Notes under the pieces: generated by a model
The model's database searches: none
What the model saw: the letters and a program-made list of their open reading frames with translations, nothing else
What the model was told of the DNA's origin: nothing
Translations under genes and position numbers: made by a program
Origin: a bacterium
GTDB taxonomy: Bacteria > Zixibacteria > MSB-5A5 > GN15 > FEB-12
Reading direction: 5' to 3'
Length of the DNA: 15,423 bases
Assembly (NCBI GenBank): GCA_043811375.1
Contig: JBDRNJ010000078.1
Span: forward strand, 1 to 15,423
Part shown: positions 1 to 8,772 of the stretch, piece after piece
Numbering within the stretch: the first letter of the stretch is position 1
Layout: every line of letters starts with the position of its first letter

Positions 1-45
1 CTCGCATCGCTCTTCAATGTTGATCTGAGCATATCTTTGTTCCAT
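1..45 (-). CDS. IS30-family transposase, N-terminal 15 aa only (truncated by window edge)
   Basis: ATG at 45, preceded by AAGGTG 5 nt upstream. Translates MEQRYAQINIEERCE, fitting the Y-x-Q-[LI]-x-x-EER-x-x-I N-terminal HTH start typical of IS30 transposases. Confidence 0.7.
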   Translation of the reverse strand, partial: MEQRYAQINIEERCE

Positions 46-47
46 AA

Positions 48-68
48 CAACACCTTAATAAGGTGTTG
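48..68. promoter_or_regulatory. Perfect 10-1-10 inverted repeat covering the putative transposase RBS
   Basis: CAACACCTTA-A-TAAGGTGTTG. On the minus strand the 3' arm contains AAGGTG just upstream of the ATG at 45. Confidence 0.6.
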
Positions 69-89
69 CACTTCGTTTGTGAAGCTAGG

Positions 90-140
90 GGATCCAGTAA
101 CCTATTGATATATCTGGATTCCTGCTTTCGCAGGAATGAC
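90..140. repeat. REP/dRS3/RPE-like palindromic element (right arm intact, left arm truncated)
   Basis: ATTCCTGC-TTTC-GCAGGAAT (118-137, perfect 8-bp stem) followed by GAC and preceded by CTGG. GGATCCAG (90-97) pairs with CTGGATTC (114-121, one G-T). Confidence 0.75.
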
Positions 141-194
141 AAGAAAACAAGGTTGTAATCTTTTGTCTTCCATTCTGTGTTGTTCAGCATCCTA

Positions 195-1190
195 CTATTG
201 TCCTTCCCGGTCAAGGATGTGCAGTAACTGCGCGAAATCGTCCGGCAGATTGCTGCTCAGAGTCAGAACCTTTTCAGTGACCGGGTGGACAAACTGCAAC
301 CGGCAGGCATGAAGTGCCTGACGGTCGATTACTGACAGCAACCGTTTGGCCAGCAGGCGCTCGGGAGCGAAGATGCCCTGATGCCACTTCTGTCGACCGC
401 CGTATTCCGGATCGCCGAACACCGGGTGCCCCAAATGTGAAAAGTGCACCCGAATTTGATGCGTCCGTCCCGTATGAAGATCGATCTCCAGCAGGTCATA
501 AGACCGATAGCGGTCCTTCAGCCGGTAATCGGTCTGCCCCGGACGGCCGGCAACCGTGGTGACAACCATCTTCCTGCGATCTTTCAGGGAACGGCCGATC
601 GGCAGATCGATCAGGCCCTGCTCTTCTTTCATGTGACCGCACACCAGGGCTATGTAGGTGCGTTTGATCCGGCGTTGTTGCATCTGCTGTTGCAAGCTGA
701 GGAGAACATCGTCGGTCCGGGCCACCAGGATCAGCCCTGATGTATTCTTGTCGAGGCGATGCACCAGTCCGGGTCGCTCGCTGCCCGATGCCTGCGGCAG
801 TTCCCCAAAATGGTGCACCAGGGCGTTGGCCAGAGTGCCGCTGAAGTTGCCGGACCCCGGATGGGTAACCATGCCGGCCGGTTTGTTGACCACTATCAGG
901 TGCTCATCTTCAAACACGATATCGATAGGAATATCCTCGGCTATAAGATCGGTTGGCGGCGGCGGAGGAATCGAGACGGAAATGTCTTCACTCCCGCGAA
1001 GCATATAATTCTTGGCAACCTGTTGACCGTTAACCAGGACCAGCCCGTCGGCAATCAGCTTCTGCAATCGTGATCGGGTCAGATCGAAATTGTCCTGCGC
1101 GACCAGGAAACGATCCAACCGCACGGCTTCCATGTCATCGGGCGCCGTCATTTGCCAGGTTCGAGACTTGCTGTGACCGCCCGTATTCAT
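195..1190 (-). CDS. rluD: RluA/RluD-family 23S rRNA pseudouridine synthase with N-terminal S4 domain
   Basis: RLDRFL...TRSRLQKLI (S4), VVNKPAGMVTHP, catalytic HRLDKNTSG, TGRTHQIRVH, GDPEYG, QALHA motifs. Confidence 0.95.
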   Translation of the reverse strand: MNTGGHSKSRTWQMTAPDDMEAVRLDRFLVAQDNFDLTRSRLQKLIADGLVLVNGQQVAKNYMLRGSEDISVSIPPPPPTDLIAEDIPIDIVFEDEHLIVVNKPAGMVTHPGSGNFSGTLANALVHHFGELPQASGSERPGLVHRLDKNTSGLILVARTDDVLLSLQQQMQQRRIKRTYIALVCGHMKEEQGLIDLPIGRSLKDRRKMVVTTVAGRPGQTDYRLKDRYRSYDLLEIDLHTGRTHQIRVHFSHLGHPVFGDPEYGGRQKWHQGIFAPERLLAKRLLSVIDRQALHACRLQFVHPVTEKVLTLSSNLPDDFAQLLHILDREGQ

Positions 1191-1199
1191 GCTCTGAGT

Positions 1200-1931
1200 C
1201 TACGCCGGGTGCGGTGACCGCCCAACCAGTTGCAGCATCTCGGTAACGGCGCGCTCGAAACCAACCAGTATCGCCCGGACGGCGATAGCGTGGCCGATAA
1301 CAAACTCATCCACATAGCCCAGTTCCACCAGGGGAGGGACGTTTTTGTAGGTAATGCCGCGACCGCAGTGAACGGCCACACCTGCTTTGGATGCTGCCTG
1401 CACAGCTCGATCAAGGCGGTCCAGTTCAGTCTGGGCTTCCGCCACCGTCCGGGCTTCCGTGTATCCTAAGCAACTTATCAAAACGGCTGTGGCACCGGCC
1501 TTGATTGCTCCCTTTATCTGCTCCACATCCGGTTCGACAAAGAAGCAGACATTTACATCAGCACCGGCAAACCGAGAAGTTATGTCACCGAAATCGACCG
1601 GTGCCGAATTGAACTCAATAGGTGAAACCGGGCTGTTGTTGTCGGCGTGGTCGGCCACGAAAGTCACCATCCACGGCTTGACTTCCAGGGCACGCTCAAT
1701 GATGTCATCAGTGGGTGGCAGTTCCAGGATCAATCGGGTTTTGACTATGCTCTTGAGAATGTACAGATCGCGGTCACGGACGTATCTGCGGTCACGACGC
1801 AACTGGACGGCGATACCATCAGCGCCGGCCAGTTCGGCCAGAACCGCCGCCTGCGCCGGATCGGGTTCGTTCAAACGTCGAACCTCCCGCATCGCCGCCA
1901 CCAGGTCAAGATTTACTGATAACAATGGCAC
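1200..1931 (-). CDS. pdxJ: Pyridoxine 5'-phosphate synthase (PdxJ) homolog with degenerate active site
   Basis: Colinear with PdxJ: VNLD, PDPAQAA, AGADGI, RxDRR, DRD, TYKNV, IGHAI, AVTEM. Start set at GTG 1931, 6 nt after AAGGAG, rather than the 1955 of the ORF track. Confidence 0.85.
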   Translation of the reverse strand: MPLLSVNLDLVAAMREVRRLNEPDPAQAAVLAELAGADGIAVQLRRDRRYVRDRDLYILKSIVKTRLILELPPTDDIIERALEVKPWMVTFVADHADNNSPVSPIEFNSAPVDFGDITSRFAGADVNVCFFVEPDVEQIKGAIKAGATAVLISCLGYTEARTVAEAQTELDRLDRAVQAASKAGVAVHCGRGITYKNVPPLVELGYVDEFVIGHAIAVRAILVGFERAVTEMLQLVGRSPHPA

Positions 1932-1993
1932 GACATACTCCTTTATAATATCCAATTGCCGGGGAATCCGGCTCGAGTATCCAATTACTGAAC

Positions 1994-2794
1994 TCAGAGA
2001 ATGTTATGTTGTACCAGGCGTTCCGTCAATGTCAAAAACTGTGCTGTGGATACCTGCTCGGCACGGCAACGTGGCGGCAGGCCCGTTTCCTCAAGAATAT
2101 CCCGGGCGGCCTGCGGCGTGGCGACGATATCGGGAACGAGGTTGTTGACCAGCAGCTTGCGGCGCTGACGGAAAGAAGCCCTGACTACTTTCTCAAAAAG
2201 AATGGGGTGGGCTATTTCCGGCGCTGAGGTTCGGATCAGGACGATAAAGGTGGACATAATGCGTGGCGGCGGCCGGAAATGCCGGGGAGGTATATCAAAA
2301 CACCGTTCTATCCGATAGTGAAGCTGGGTGAATATCGACAACGGTGACCAATCCTTGTGGTTGGGTTGGGCCGCCAGACGGGCGCCGACTTCTTTTTGCA
2401 CCATCAGGCAGGCGCGTTCCGTCAGATCACGGTGCCGGACAGTCCAGTCTATGACGGGTGATGTGATATTATAGGGCAGGTTGCCCACCAGGGTAAATGA
2501 TGTCAGTCCTGCCCGGGCGGGATCAAAATCGAGAAAATCCTGATTAAGCAATTTTAAGTTGGGATATTGACTGAGATGTTGCACCAGGTACTTCGCCGCA
2601 TCCCGGTCAAACTCAACAGCGACAATCTGCGCGCCCGATTGAAGCAGCGGTCGCGTCAGAGCGCCCTCGCCCGGTCCCACTTCAACAATGCACTGTCCTT
2701 CACGGGGAGAGATAGTATCAATTATGTCGGTTATCACCTTCGCTGACTTCAGGAAATGCTGCGCAAACCTCTTTCGGGGTCGGAGGGCAGGCAC
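1994..2794 (-). CDS. rsmA: 16S rRNA m6,2A dimethyltransferase RsmA/KsgA
   Basis: KRFAQHFL, EVGPGEGALT (SAM-binding), VEFD, GNLPYNIT, MVQKEV, FRPPPRI, FRQRRK. Confidence 0.95.
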   Translation of the reverse strand: MPALRPRKRFAQHFLKSAKVITDIIDTISPREGQCIVEVGPGEGALTRPLLQSGAQIVAVEFDRDAAKYLVQHLSQYPNLKLLNQDFLDFDPARAGLTSFTLVGNLPYNITSPVIDWTVRHRDLTERACLMVQKEVGARLAAQPNHKDWSPLSIFTQLHYRIERCFDIPPRHFRPPPRIMSTFIVLIRTSAPEIAHPILFEKVVRASFRQRRKLLVNNLVPDIVATPQAARDILEETGLPPRCRAEQVSTAQFLTLTERLVQHNIL

Positions 2795-2797
2795 AGT

Positions 2798-3574
2798 TCA
2801 ACCCCCGCAGGTCTCTACCAGGCCGAACAGCTTCTGCGCTGTGCGGTCGACGACTTTTTCCACCTGAGCTACGTCGATGTCGCGCAGTTTGGCCACATGA
2901 CGGTATACATATTTGACATACTCCGGTCGATTCTTTTTGCCGCGATACGGAACCGGGGCCAGGTAGGGGGCGTCGGTTTCGAGAATCATCTTGTCCAGGG
3001 GAACCTGGGCGGCCACCTGTGCCATGTGTGCCTTCTGGAACGTAATGACGCCGCCGAACGAAACGATCAATCCCAGATCAATCACTTCCAGTGCGTCGTC
3101 CACGTCGCCGGGAAAGCAATGGAAAACACCTCCGGCCAGTTCACCGGCATACTCTCGAACGATAGTCATCGTTTCACTGAATGAATCCCGGGTATGGATA
3201 ACAACCGGCAGGTCGACGTCCACCGCTAATTTCAGTTGTTGCGTAAATACCCGGCGCTGTACCGGTCGGGGGGAGAGGTCGCGGTAGAAATCAAGGCCGA
3301 TCTCACCGATAGCCACCACTCGGGGATGATCGGCCAGGCGACGGAGTTCATCGGCGATTTTATCGTTGAATGTCCTGGCGTCATGAGGATGTATACCAAC
3401 CGATGCATAAAGGCCGTGGTGCTGTTCGGCCAGTTGCACGCAGCGACGTGAGGCTTCAATGTCAACGCCGATATTGATAATCGTGTGCACTCCGGCGGCC
3501 TCGGCTTCTTTGATGGCTTCCTCCCGGCAGTCGTCGAAAGCGTCAAAGTCGAGGTGGCAGTGAGTGTCTATCAT
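2798..3574 (-). CDS. tatD: TatD-family metal-dependent DNase
   Basis: DTHCH, GIHPH, GEIGLD, IHTR, FHCF, ETDAPYL. ATG at 3574 overlaps the metG stop (TGATG). Confidence 0.95.
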   Translation of the reverse strand: MIDTHCHLDFDAFDDCREEAIKEAEAAGVHTIINIGVDIEASRRCVQLAEQHHGLYASVGIHPHDARTFNDKIADELRRLADHPRVVAIGEIGLDFYRDLSPRPVQRRVFTQQLKLAVDVDLPVVIHTRDSFSETMTIVREYAGELAGGVFHCFPGDVDDALEVIDLGLIVSFGGVITFQKAHMAQVAAQVPLDKMILETDAPYLAPVPYRGKKNRPEYVKYVYRHVAKLRDIDVAQVEKVVDRTAQKLFGLVETCGG

Positions 3575-5505
3575 CAACTGATTTTGGCGCCGGCCGGCAG
3601 GTCGCCGTCGGGTGTGAGCAACACCAGTTTCTTTCCCGATTGCGCCGTCAGCAACATGCCGTTGGATTCAATACCTCGGATAACAGCCGGCTTCAGGTTG
3701 GTCACTACGATGATCTTCATACCGGTGATCTTCTCCGGCGGGTAGTGTTCGGCCACGCCGGCCACAATCTGCCGCTGTTCACTACCGAGGTCGATCCGAA
3801 GCTTCAGCAGCTTGCTGGTTCCCGGCACCCGTTCGGCTTCGAGCACATCGGCTACCCGCAGTTTCACCCGGGCGAATTCCGATATATCCAGAAGTGTCCC
3901 CTCAGGGGTGCTCTCGACTACAGGTGCGGCTTTCGCCGGTTCGTCGGCACTCCCGGAGGTGGGTTTCAGCCGGGGGAAGATGGCGTCTTCGAGAATCACG
4001 GGGGTGCCCGGCTTGAGATCGAAGAAAGTACTTGCAGCGTCCAGGGTCAGGGTACTGTCGTCCAACCCCAGTACGTCTCGAATGGTGCGCATTTTTCCCG
4101 GCATGACCGGGAAAAGTACAATCGATACTATACGTATGATCTCGCAGCAGGCGTACAACACGCCGCCCAGCTCCAATTTCCGACCTTCTTTAGCCATAAT
4201 CCACGGTGCGTGGTCGTTGAAGAACTTGTTGGTGGCCCGCACCAGGTTCATAGCGGCGGCGATAGCCTTACCCAGTTCATATCGCTTCACGTGACTGTGA
4301 ACTGTGCCGGGTAACGCCTCGGCTAACTCCATCAGTTCTTGAAGCCCTTTAATCTTTCGTCTGGGCTCCGGCAAAGCGCCGTCGAAGTTAACCTTGATCA
4401 TTTTGACTACCCGGGATACCAGGTTGCCCAGATCATTGGCCAGGTCGGAGTTGTACTGCGTGACAAATTGTTTCGCCTTAACATCACCGTCGGTGCCGAA
4501 CGGATACTGGGTCAGCATCAGGTATCGCGTCGCATCGGGACCGAACTCGGCCACCATATCATTGGGATCAATCATGTTCCCCAGCGTTTTCGACATTTTC
4601 TCGCCATCGACCGTGAAAAAACCGTGCAGGTAAATGACGTCCGGCAATTTCACACCGGCCGCCATCAGCATGGCCGGCCAGTAAAGGCAATGGAACTTCA
4701 GAATGTCCTTGGCCATCAGGTGCACAACTTCACCGCTGTTCCACCACTTGTCGAACGAAACCGGGTCATCGCCGTAGCCGATACCGGAGATGTAGTTGCT
4801 CAGGGCGTCCACCCACACGTAGGCCGACTGAGAATTGTCAAACGTCAAAGGGATACCCCATTTGACGGTCTCGCGCGACAGCGAGAAATCCGGCAGGTCC
4901 TGCTCGATCAGGCCCAGCACCTCGCGTCGGCGTTCTTCCGGGAGCACCAGCAACTCGCCCGAATTGATCTTGTCCCTGATTTGCGGCAGAAAGGCCGTGA
5001 GACGGAAGAAGTAGTTTTTTTCTTTCAGTTTCTCGGGAGGTCGGTTGTGATCCGGACACCGGCCGTCCACCAGTTCCTTCTCAGTAACGAACTTCTCGCA
5101 GCCGGTGCAGTACAGGCCCTCATAGTAACCCTGGTAAATGACCTCGCGTCCGTCGGGGGTCCTGGCGTTGCGCATGGCGTCGAGAATCTTGCGCACCGCC
5201 TGTTCGTGTCGCGCTGAAGTAGTACGGATGAAACCGTCATATTCGATGGAGAGGTTTTGCCAGGCCTTTTGAAACGTCCGGACAGTCCGGTCACAAAACT
5301 CGATCTCCGACAGGTCGGCCCGGGCAGCCGCTTCGGCAACTTTGGAGCCGTGTTCATCGGTGCCGGTCAGGAAAAAAGACTCCCGTCCGCCCAGCCGATA
5401 AAAGCGCGTGATGTAGTCGGCGGCTACGGTAGTGTAGGCGTGACCGATATGTGGCCGATCATTGATGTAGTAGATCGGAGTAGTGATATACAGCGGTCTG
5501 GGCAT
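3574..5505 (-). CDS. metG: Methionine--tRNA ligase with C-terminal tRNA-binding (Trbp111-like OB) domain
   Basis: YITTPIYY, HIGH, TGTDEHG, CTGC...CPDH knuckle, YVWVDAL, KDILKFH, KMSKT, and C-terminal VVTNLKP...SNGMLL. ATG 5505 follows GGAGAG; GTG 5520 is an alternative start. Confidence 0.97.
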   Translation of the reverse strand: MPRPLYITTPIYYINDRPHIGHAYTTVAADYITRFYRLGGRESFFLTGTDEHGSKVAEAAARADLSEIEFCDRTVRTFQKAWQNLSIEYDGFIRTTSARHEQAVRKILDAMRNARTPDGREVIYQGYYEGLYCTGCEKFVTEKELVDGRCPDHNRPPEKLKEKNYFFRLTAFLPQIRDKINSGELLVLPEERRREVLGLIEQDLPDFSLSRETVKWGIPLTFDNSQSAYVWVDALSNYISGIGYGDDPVSFDKWWNSGEVVHLMAKDILKFHCLYWPAMLMAAGVKLPDVIYLHGFFTVDGEKMSKTLGNMIDPNDMVAEFGPDATRYLMLTQYPFGTDGDVKAKQFVTQYNSDLANDLGNLVSRVVKMIKVNFDGALPEPRRKIKGLQELMELAEALPGTVHSHVKRYELGKAIAAAMNLVRATNKFFNDHAPWIMAKEGRKLELGGVLYACCEIIRIVSIVLFPVMPGKMRTIRDVLGLDDSTLTLDAASTFFDLKPGTPVILEDAIFPRLKPTSGSADEPAKAAPVVESTPEGTLLDISEFARVKLRVADVLEAERVPGTSKLLKLRIDLGSEQRQIVAGVAEHYPPEKITGMKIIVVTNLKPAVIRGIESNGMLLTAQSGKKLVLLTPDGDLPAGAKIS

Positions 5506-5530
5506 CCGTACTCTCTCCACTGTTGAACTG

Positions 5531-6442
5531 TTATGCGTCCTGTTCCGTATCGTCCAGCTTCTTCAGGGCTTCTCGGTCATCATCATCCGAACTGCTCTCA
5601 TCAAGCTGGGCTGCGGCAGACGCCGGCTGGGGGATTTCTCTATCTGTAATCGACTGAATATCTTCAGCCCGGCAGCGGAAGTAATGCCGCTCCTGGTCAC
5701 ACACCACTGCTTCCTCGCGGAATACGTCAATACGTTCGATAATGCCTTCACCGTCCTTGCAGCATATTCTGGAACCGGTCGGAGGGAATTTCCTGCGGCA
5801 AGAGGAATAAGCCCAGGCTTCAAAACGCAGACAGCAAAGGAGTCGTCCGCAGTTACCGGAAATCTTGGACGGATTCATCGGCAGGTCCTGCTCCCGGGCA
5901 TGCTGTGTCGTGATGGGCGCGAATTCCTTTAGGAAACTGCAACAACATTGCTGCAAGCCGCATATGCCGAGACCACCGATACGCCGGGCTTCATCGCGGA
6001 CACCTATCTGACGCAACTCGATCCGTGTTTTATACAGGGCCGCCAGTTCCTTGACCAGTTCCCGAAAGTCCACCCGATGGTCGGCTGTGAAGAAGACCGT
6101 CAACTTGTTCCAGTCAAACTGGCACTCCACGTCGATCACTTTCATGGGTAGACCATGTTGGGTAATCATGGTTACAGCCTCAGCCTTATATCGGTCCTCC
6201 TTCTCCCGGAGCTCCTTTAGACAGTCCAGGTCATCTTTGCTGGCTGGTCGTAAAATGGATTTCGGTCGGGTGGTGGCTGAGAACTCCATGGCCGTATCCA
6301 CCTTGTATGTGAGCAACCCGCAGTCTTCACCGCGCTCCGCCTCGACGACGACGTAGTTGTGCAGGTCGAGCGAGTGGTAAAAAGCGTTATAGAAGTAGTC
6401 TTTACGGTAACCTTTGAACTCAACCAGATATAATTCTGCCAT
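5531..6442 (-). CDS. ricT: PSP1-domain / RicT (YaaT)-like Fe-S regulatory protein
   Basis: FTADHRVDFRELVKELA, RIELRQIGVRDEA, GICG..CC, KISGNCGRLLCCLRFE. Sits in the conserved position between holB and metG. GGAG RBS present. Confidence 0.9.
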   Translation of the reverse strand: MAELYLVEFKGYRKDYFYNAFYHSLDLHNYVVVEAERGEDCGLLTYKVDTAMEFSATTRPKSILRPASKDDLDCLKELREKEDRYKAEAVTMITQHGLPMKVIDVECQFDWNKLTVFFTADHRVDFRELVKELAALYKTRIELRQIGVRDEARRIGGLGICGLQQCCCSFLKEFAPITTQHAREQDLPMNPSKISGNCGRLLCCLRFEAWAYSSCRRKFPPTGSRICCKDGEGIIERIDVFREEAVVCDQERHYFRCRAEDIQSITDREIPQPASAAAQLDESSSDDDDREALKKLDDTEQDA

Positions 6443-6457
6443 CGGCTTTCTCCGGAG

Positions 6458-7612
6458 TTATTCACTGATCCGCCGGTGCCGGCCGGCGCCGGCGGACATA
6501 CCGGCCTTAACCTTGAGGGTGAGTGCCGTTAACGCCCCCTGAATATGCACGTTACGACGCAGATCGGCAAGCGCTATCTTAATGTTGTCGACCAGTTGGA
6601 AAGGTAGTTGACTGCCGCCAAACAACGCCGACAGTTTCATGATTTCAGCCTGGAAATCGATATTGACAATCTCGCCTTCACTGGCGGTAATAGCGTAGCG
6701 GGCGCAATCTCGAGTAAGGGACTGCCATAGGTACAGCAGGCTCCGGGCTCCGTCCCGGTCACGTGGGTCGGCGAATTCGGTGATTCGAGAGATTGCCTCC
6801 GGGGCGGTATCACTCAGCAACGACCGGAACAATAAAAATCCGTCGGTCCGACGCGAAGAATCCTGCTCCGGCGAGGTCTGGACCAGATCGATAGCATTTG
6901 CCGGACAGCCTTCCGAGAGCCGCGCCGCCAGCACCGCCTGTCGCTCGGAGGTCCCGTATCCTTCCATCAGGTAATCCCTGATCGTCTGCTCGGGAACACG
7001 GTGCAGGCGGATTTTGCGTGATCGCGACTGGAGAGTCGGCAACAGTGATTCCGGTCGGGTTGCTGTCAACACTATGACGGTGTCCCGGGGAGGTTCCTCG
7101 ATCAGCTTAAGCAGCGCGTCCGCCGAAGAGGGCAGCATCTTCTCCATCTGGTAAAACAGGACCAGTCGTACTACCCCGGCGGCGGCCCGGAGAGAAAGTC
7201 GTTTTTTTATATTACGGGCAACGGCGATCGGTATGGTAGCGCCAGCGGGGGCGACCAGTCGGGCCATAGGTTCGATCCGCTTGAGATTGAGAAGTTCCGA
7301 TGTCAGGTCAATGGCTTCATCGAAGTTGCGATGAGGGGGGATCGGCAGGGCAAAATAGAGACCCTCGAAGTTGAGTGAAAAAACACTGCGGCATTCCCTG
7401 CATTGACCACAGGGAGACGGCAGGCGCCCTTCTTCCTGGACTCCGGACTGGTCGCAGTTGAGCAGGGCGGCCAGCCAGATAGCCAGTGACCACTTGCCTG
7501 TGCCTTCCGGGCCATGGAACAGGTAAGTGCCCCCGATCCGGCCCAACTGGTATGATTTCGCCAGACAATGCCAGGCCCGACTCTGAATCCTGCTGATGTC
7601 AAAAGGAGTCAA
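6458..7612 (-). CDS. holB: DNA polymerase III delta' subunit
   Basis: YLFHGPEGTGK, C...CGQCREC zinc module, ADALLKLIEEPP, LLPTLQSRS; synteny with ricT. The TTG start is uncertain. Confidence 0.88.
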   Translation of the reverse strand: MTPFDISRIQSRAWHCLAKSYQLGRIGGTYLFHGPEGTGKWSLAIWLAALLNCDQSGVQEEGRLPSPCGQCRECRSVFSLNFEGLYFALPIPPHRNFDEAIDLTSELLNLKRIEPMARLVAPAGATIPIAVARNIKKRLSLRAAAGVVRLVLFYQMEKMLPSSADALLKLIEEPPRDTVIVLTATRPESLLPTLQSRSRKIRLHRVPEQTIRDYLMEGYGTSERQAVLAARLSEGCPANAIDLVQTSPEQDSSRRTDGFLLFRSLLSDTAPEAISRITEFADPRDRDGARSLLYLWQSLTRDCARYAITASEGEIVNIDFQAEIMKLSALFGGSQLPFQLVDNIKIALADLRRNVHIQGALTALTLKVKAGMSAGAGRHRRISE

Positions 7613-8768
7613 TTCTAATCCATTTCACCGGATCGAGCGATTCCCGCCCAAGTCGCAGTTCGAATTTTACCAGCCCGTCTTGGCCGGCTTTGGCCAAAAG
7701 AGACCCGACCGGCAGGTACTGGTTGACTTCCACCTGGGCAGTACCGAGACCACCATAGGTGGAGTAATACTGATCGCCATGATCGATTATAATGAAATTG
7801 CCGTAGCCACGCAAATTGCCGACATAGACTACTTTTCCATCAGCCACCGTAACCACGTCCCGACCGGCTCGGCCCTGGATACTGATTCCCGGAGAAAAAG
7901 ACTTCAGTTTGGTTATTTCATCCACGGAGTGTCCAAAACGAACTGTTATTTTTCCCCGACAGGGTGAGGGCAACTGTCCCCGTAAGGTTGCGAAGGCGGA
8001 AGCGCCGCCGGAGGGTGCCCAGCCTGCCGCGGTCGTTTCACGCTGTCGCTGTTCGAGACGCGCAATGATACGTTCTATCTCCTCGGCCGCGTGTTGCAAC
8101 GTCAGTATGCGGTCGGCTTCTTCGGATTTTTTCCGACGCAGGTGCTCCAGGGCGCGCTGCTCCTTTTGCTTTCTGGTTTTATCCAGCGCGGTGGCCGTTT
8201 CCTTCTTTTTCTTCAGACCGGCCACTCTCTTTTTTTCACCGGTCAACTCGGTCAGTTGATCTTCGGACTGCTGCAGAAAATCAGAGGCCTGGGCAATCTT
8301 GCCCGTTTCAAAGGCAGCCAGGGCCGTCAGGTAGATAATCCGGCGGTTAATGTCCAGTTCGTCGTTAACCTGATCGACGTAGCTCTCCATCGGTTTGCGC
8401 GCTACGAAGTAGAACCTCCGTATATTACCGAGGTAACGGCGTTGCGCGCGATCAAGTCGTTGTCGGCTGTCGGTTAGTTGCTCTTCGCCGTGGATCATTT
8501 CTGTTTGCAGTTGGTTTATTTCGCGATTGAGCCGTGAGACGATTTTCCTGTTGGTGGCGATTCGCTGATCGTAGTTGGCGACACCCTTTTGAATTTCCAA
8601 CTCTTTTTGTTTGAGAGAATCGAGTTGATACCGGCTGTGTTCGACTTCCTGCCGAATCTGTTGCAGATCATCTTTCTGCAGGATTATACCGTCCTTGTCA
8701 TCGGACGCACCGGTGGCCACGGCTGTCAGTGTTGCCAGTGTCAGGGCTTTTATGAAAACAGCCGCCAT
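7599..8768 (-). CDS. envC: EnvC-like murein hydrolase activator (signal peptide, coiled coil, degenerate M23/LytM domain)
   Basis: Hydrophobic N-terminus, long heptad-rich region, C-terminal GKVVYVGNLRGYGNFIIIDHG...FELR...DPVKW. Lies directly after ftsX. Confidence 0.88.
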   Translation of the reverse strand: MAAVFIKALTLATLTAVATGASDDKDGIILQKDDLQQIRQEVEHSRYQLDSLKQKELEIQKGVANYDQRIATNRKIVSRLNREINQLQTEMIHGEEQLTDSRQRLDRAQRRYLGNIRRFYFVARKPMESYVDQVNDELDINRRIIYLTALAAFETGKIAQASDFLQQSEDQLTELTGEKKRVAGLKKKKETATALDKTRKQKEQRALEHLRRKKSEEADRILTLQHAAEEIERIIARLEQRQRETTAAGWAPSGGASAFATLRGQLPSPCRGKITVRFGHSVDEITKLKSFSPGISIQGRAGRDVVTVADGKVVYVGNLRGYGNFIIIDHGDQYYSTYGGLGTAQVEVNQYLPVGSLLAKAGQDGLVKFELRLGRESLDPVKWIRIDSF

Positions 8769-8772
8769 GGGA

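Larger units (their letters stand above)
1..89 (-). mobile_element. Left end of an IS30-family insertion sequence (terminal IR ~64-89; element runs off the window start)
   Basis: Minus strand 89->64 reads CCTAGCTTCACAAACGAAGTGCAACA. It aligns ungapped over 26 nt with the IS30 IR pattern as I recall it (nnTAGnTTCA...GCAACA) and is followed by an ORF start resembling IS30 transposases. Confidence 0.75.

Noticed and set aside
14..214. 66-aa minus-strand ORF in the track
   Set aside because: It reads through the REP-like palindrome (SFLRKQES) and the IS end. The credible ORF here starts at 45 in another frame.
7599..7950. Missing Zn ligands in the EnvC M23 domain (SPGIS, YGGL, VKFE)
   Set aside because: A degenerate LytM site is the known normal state of EnvC.
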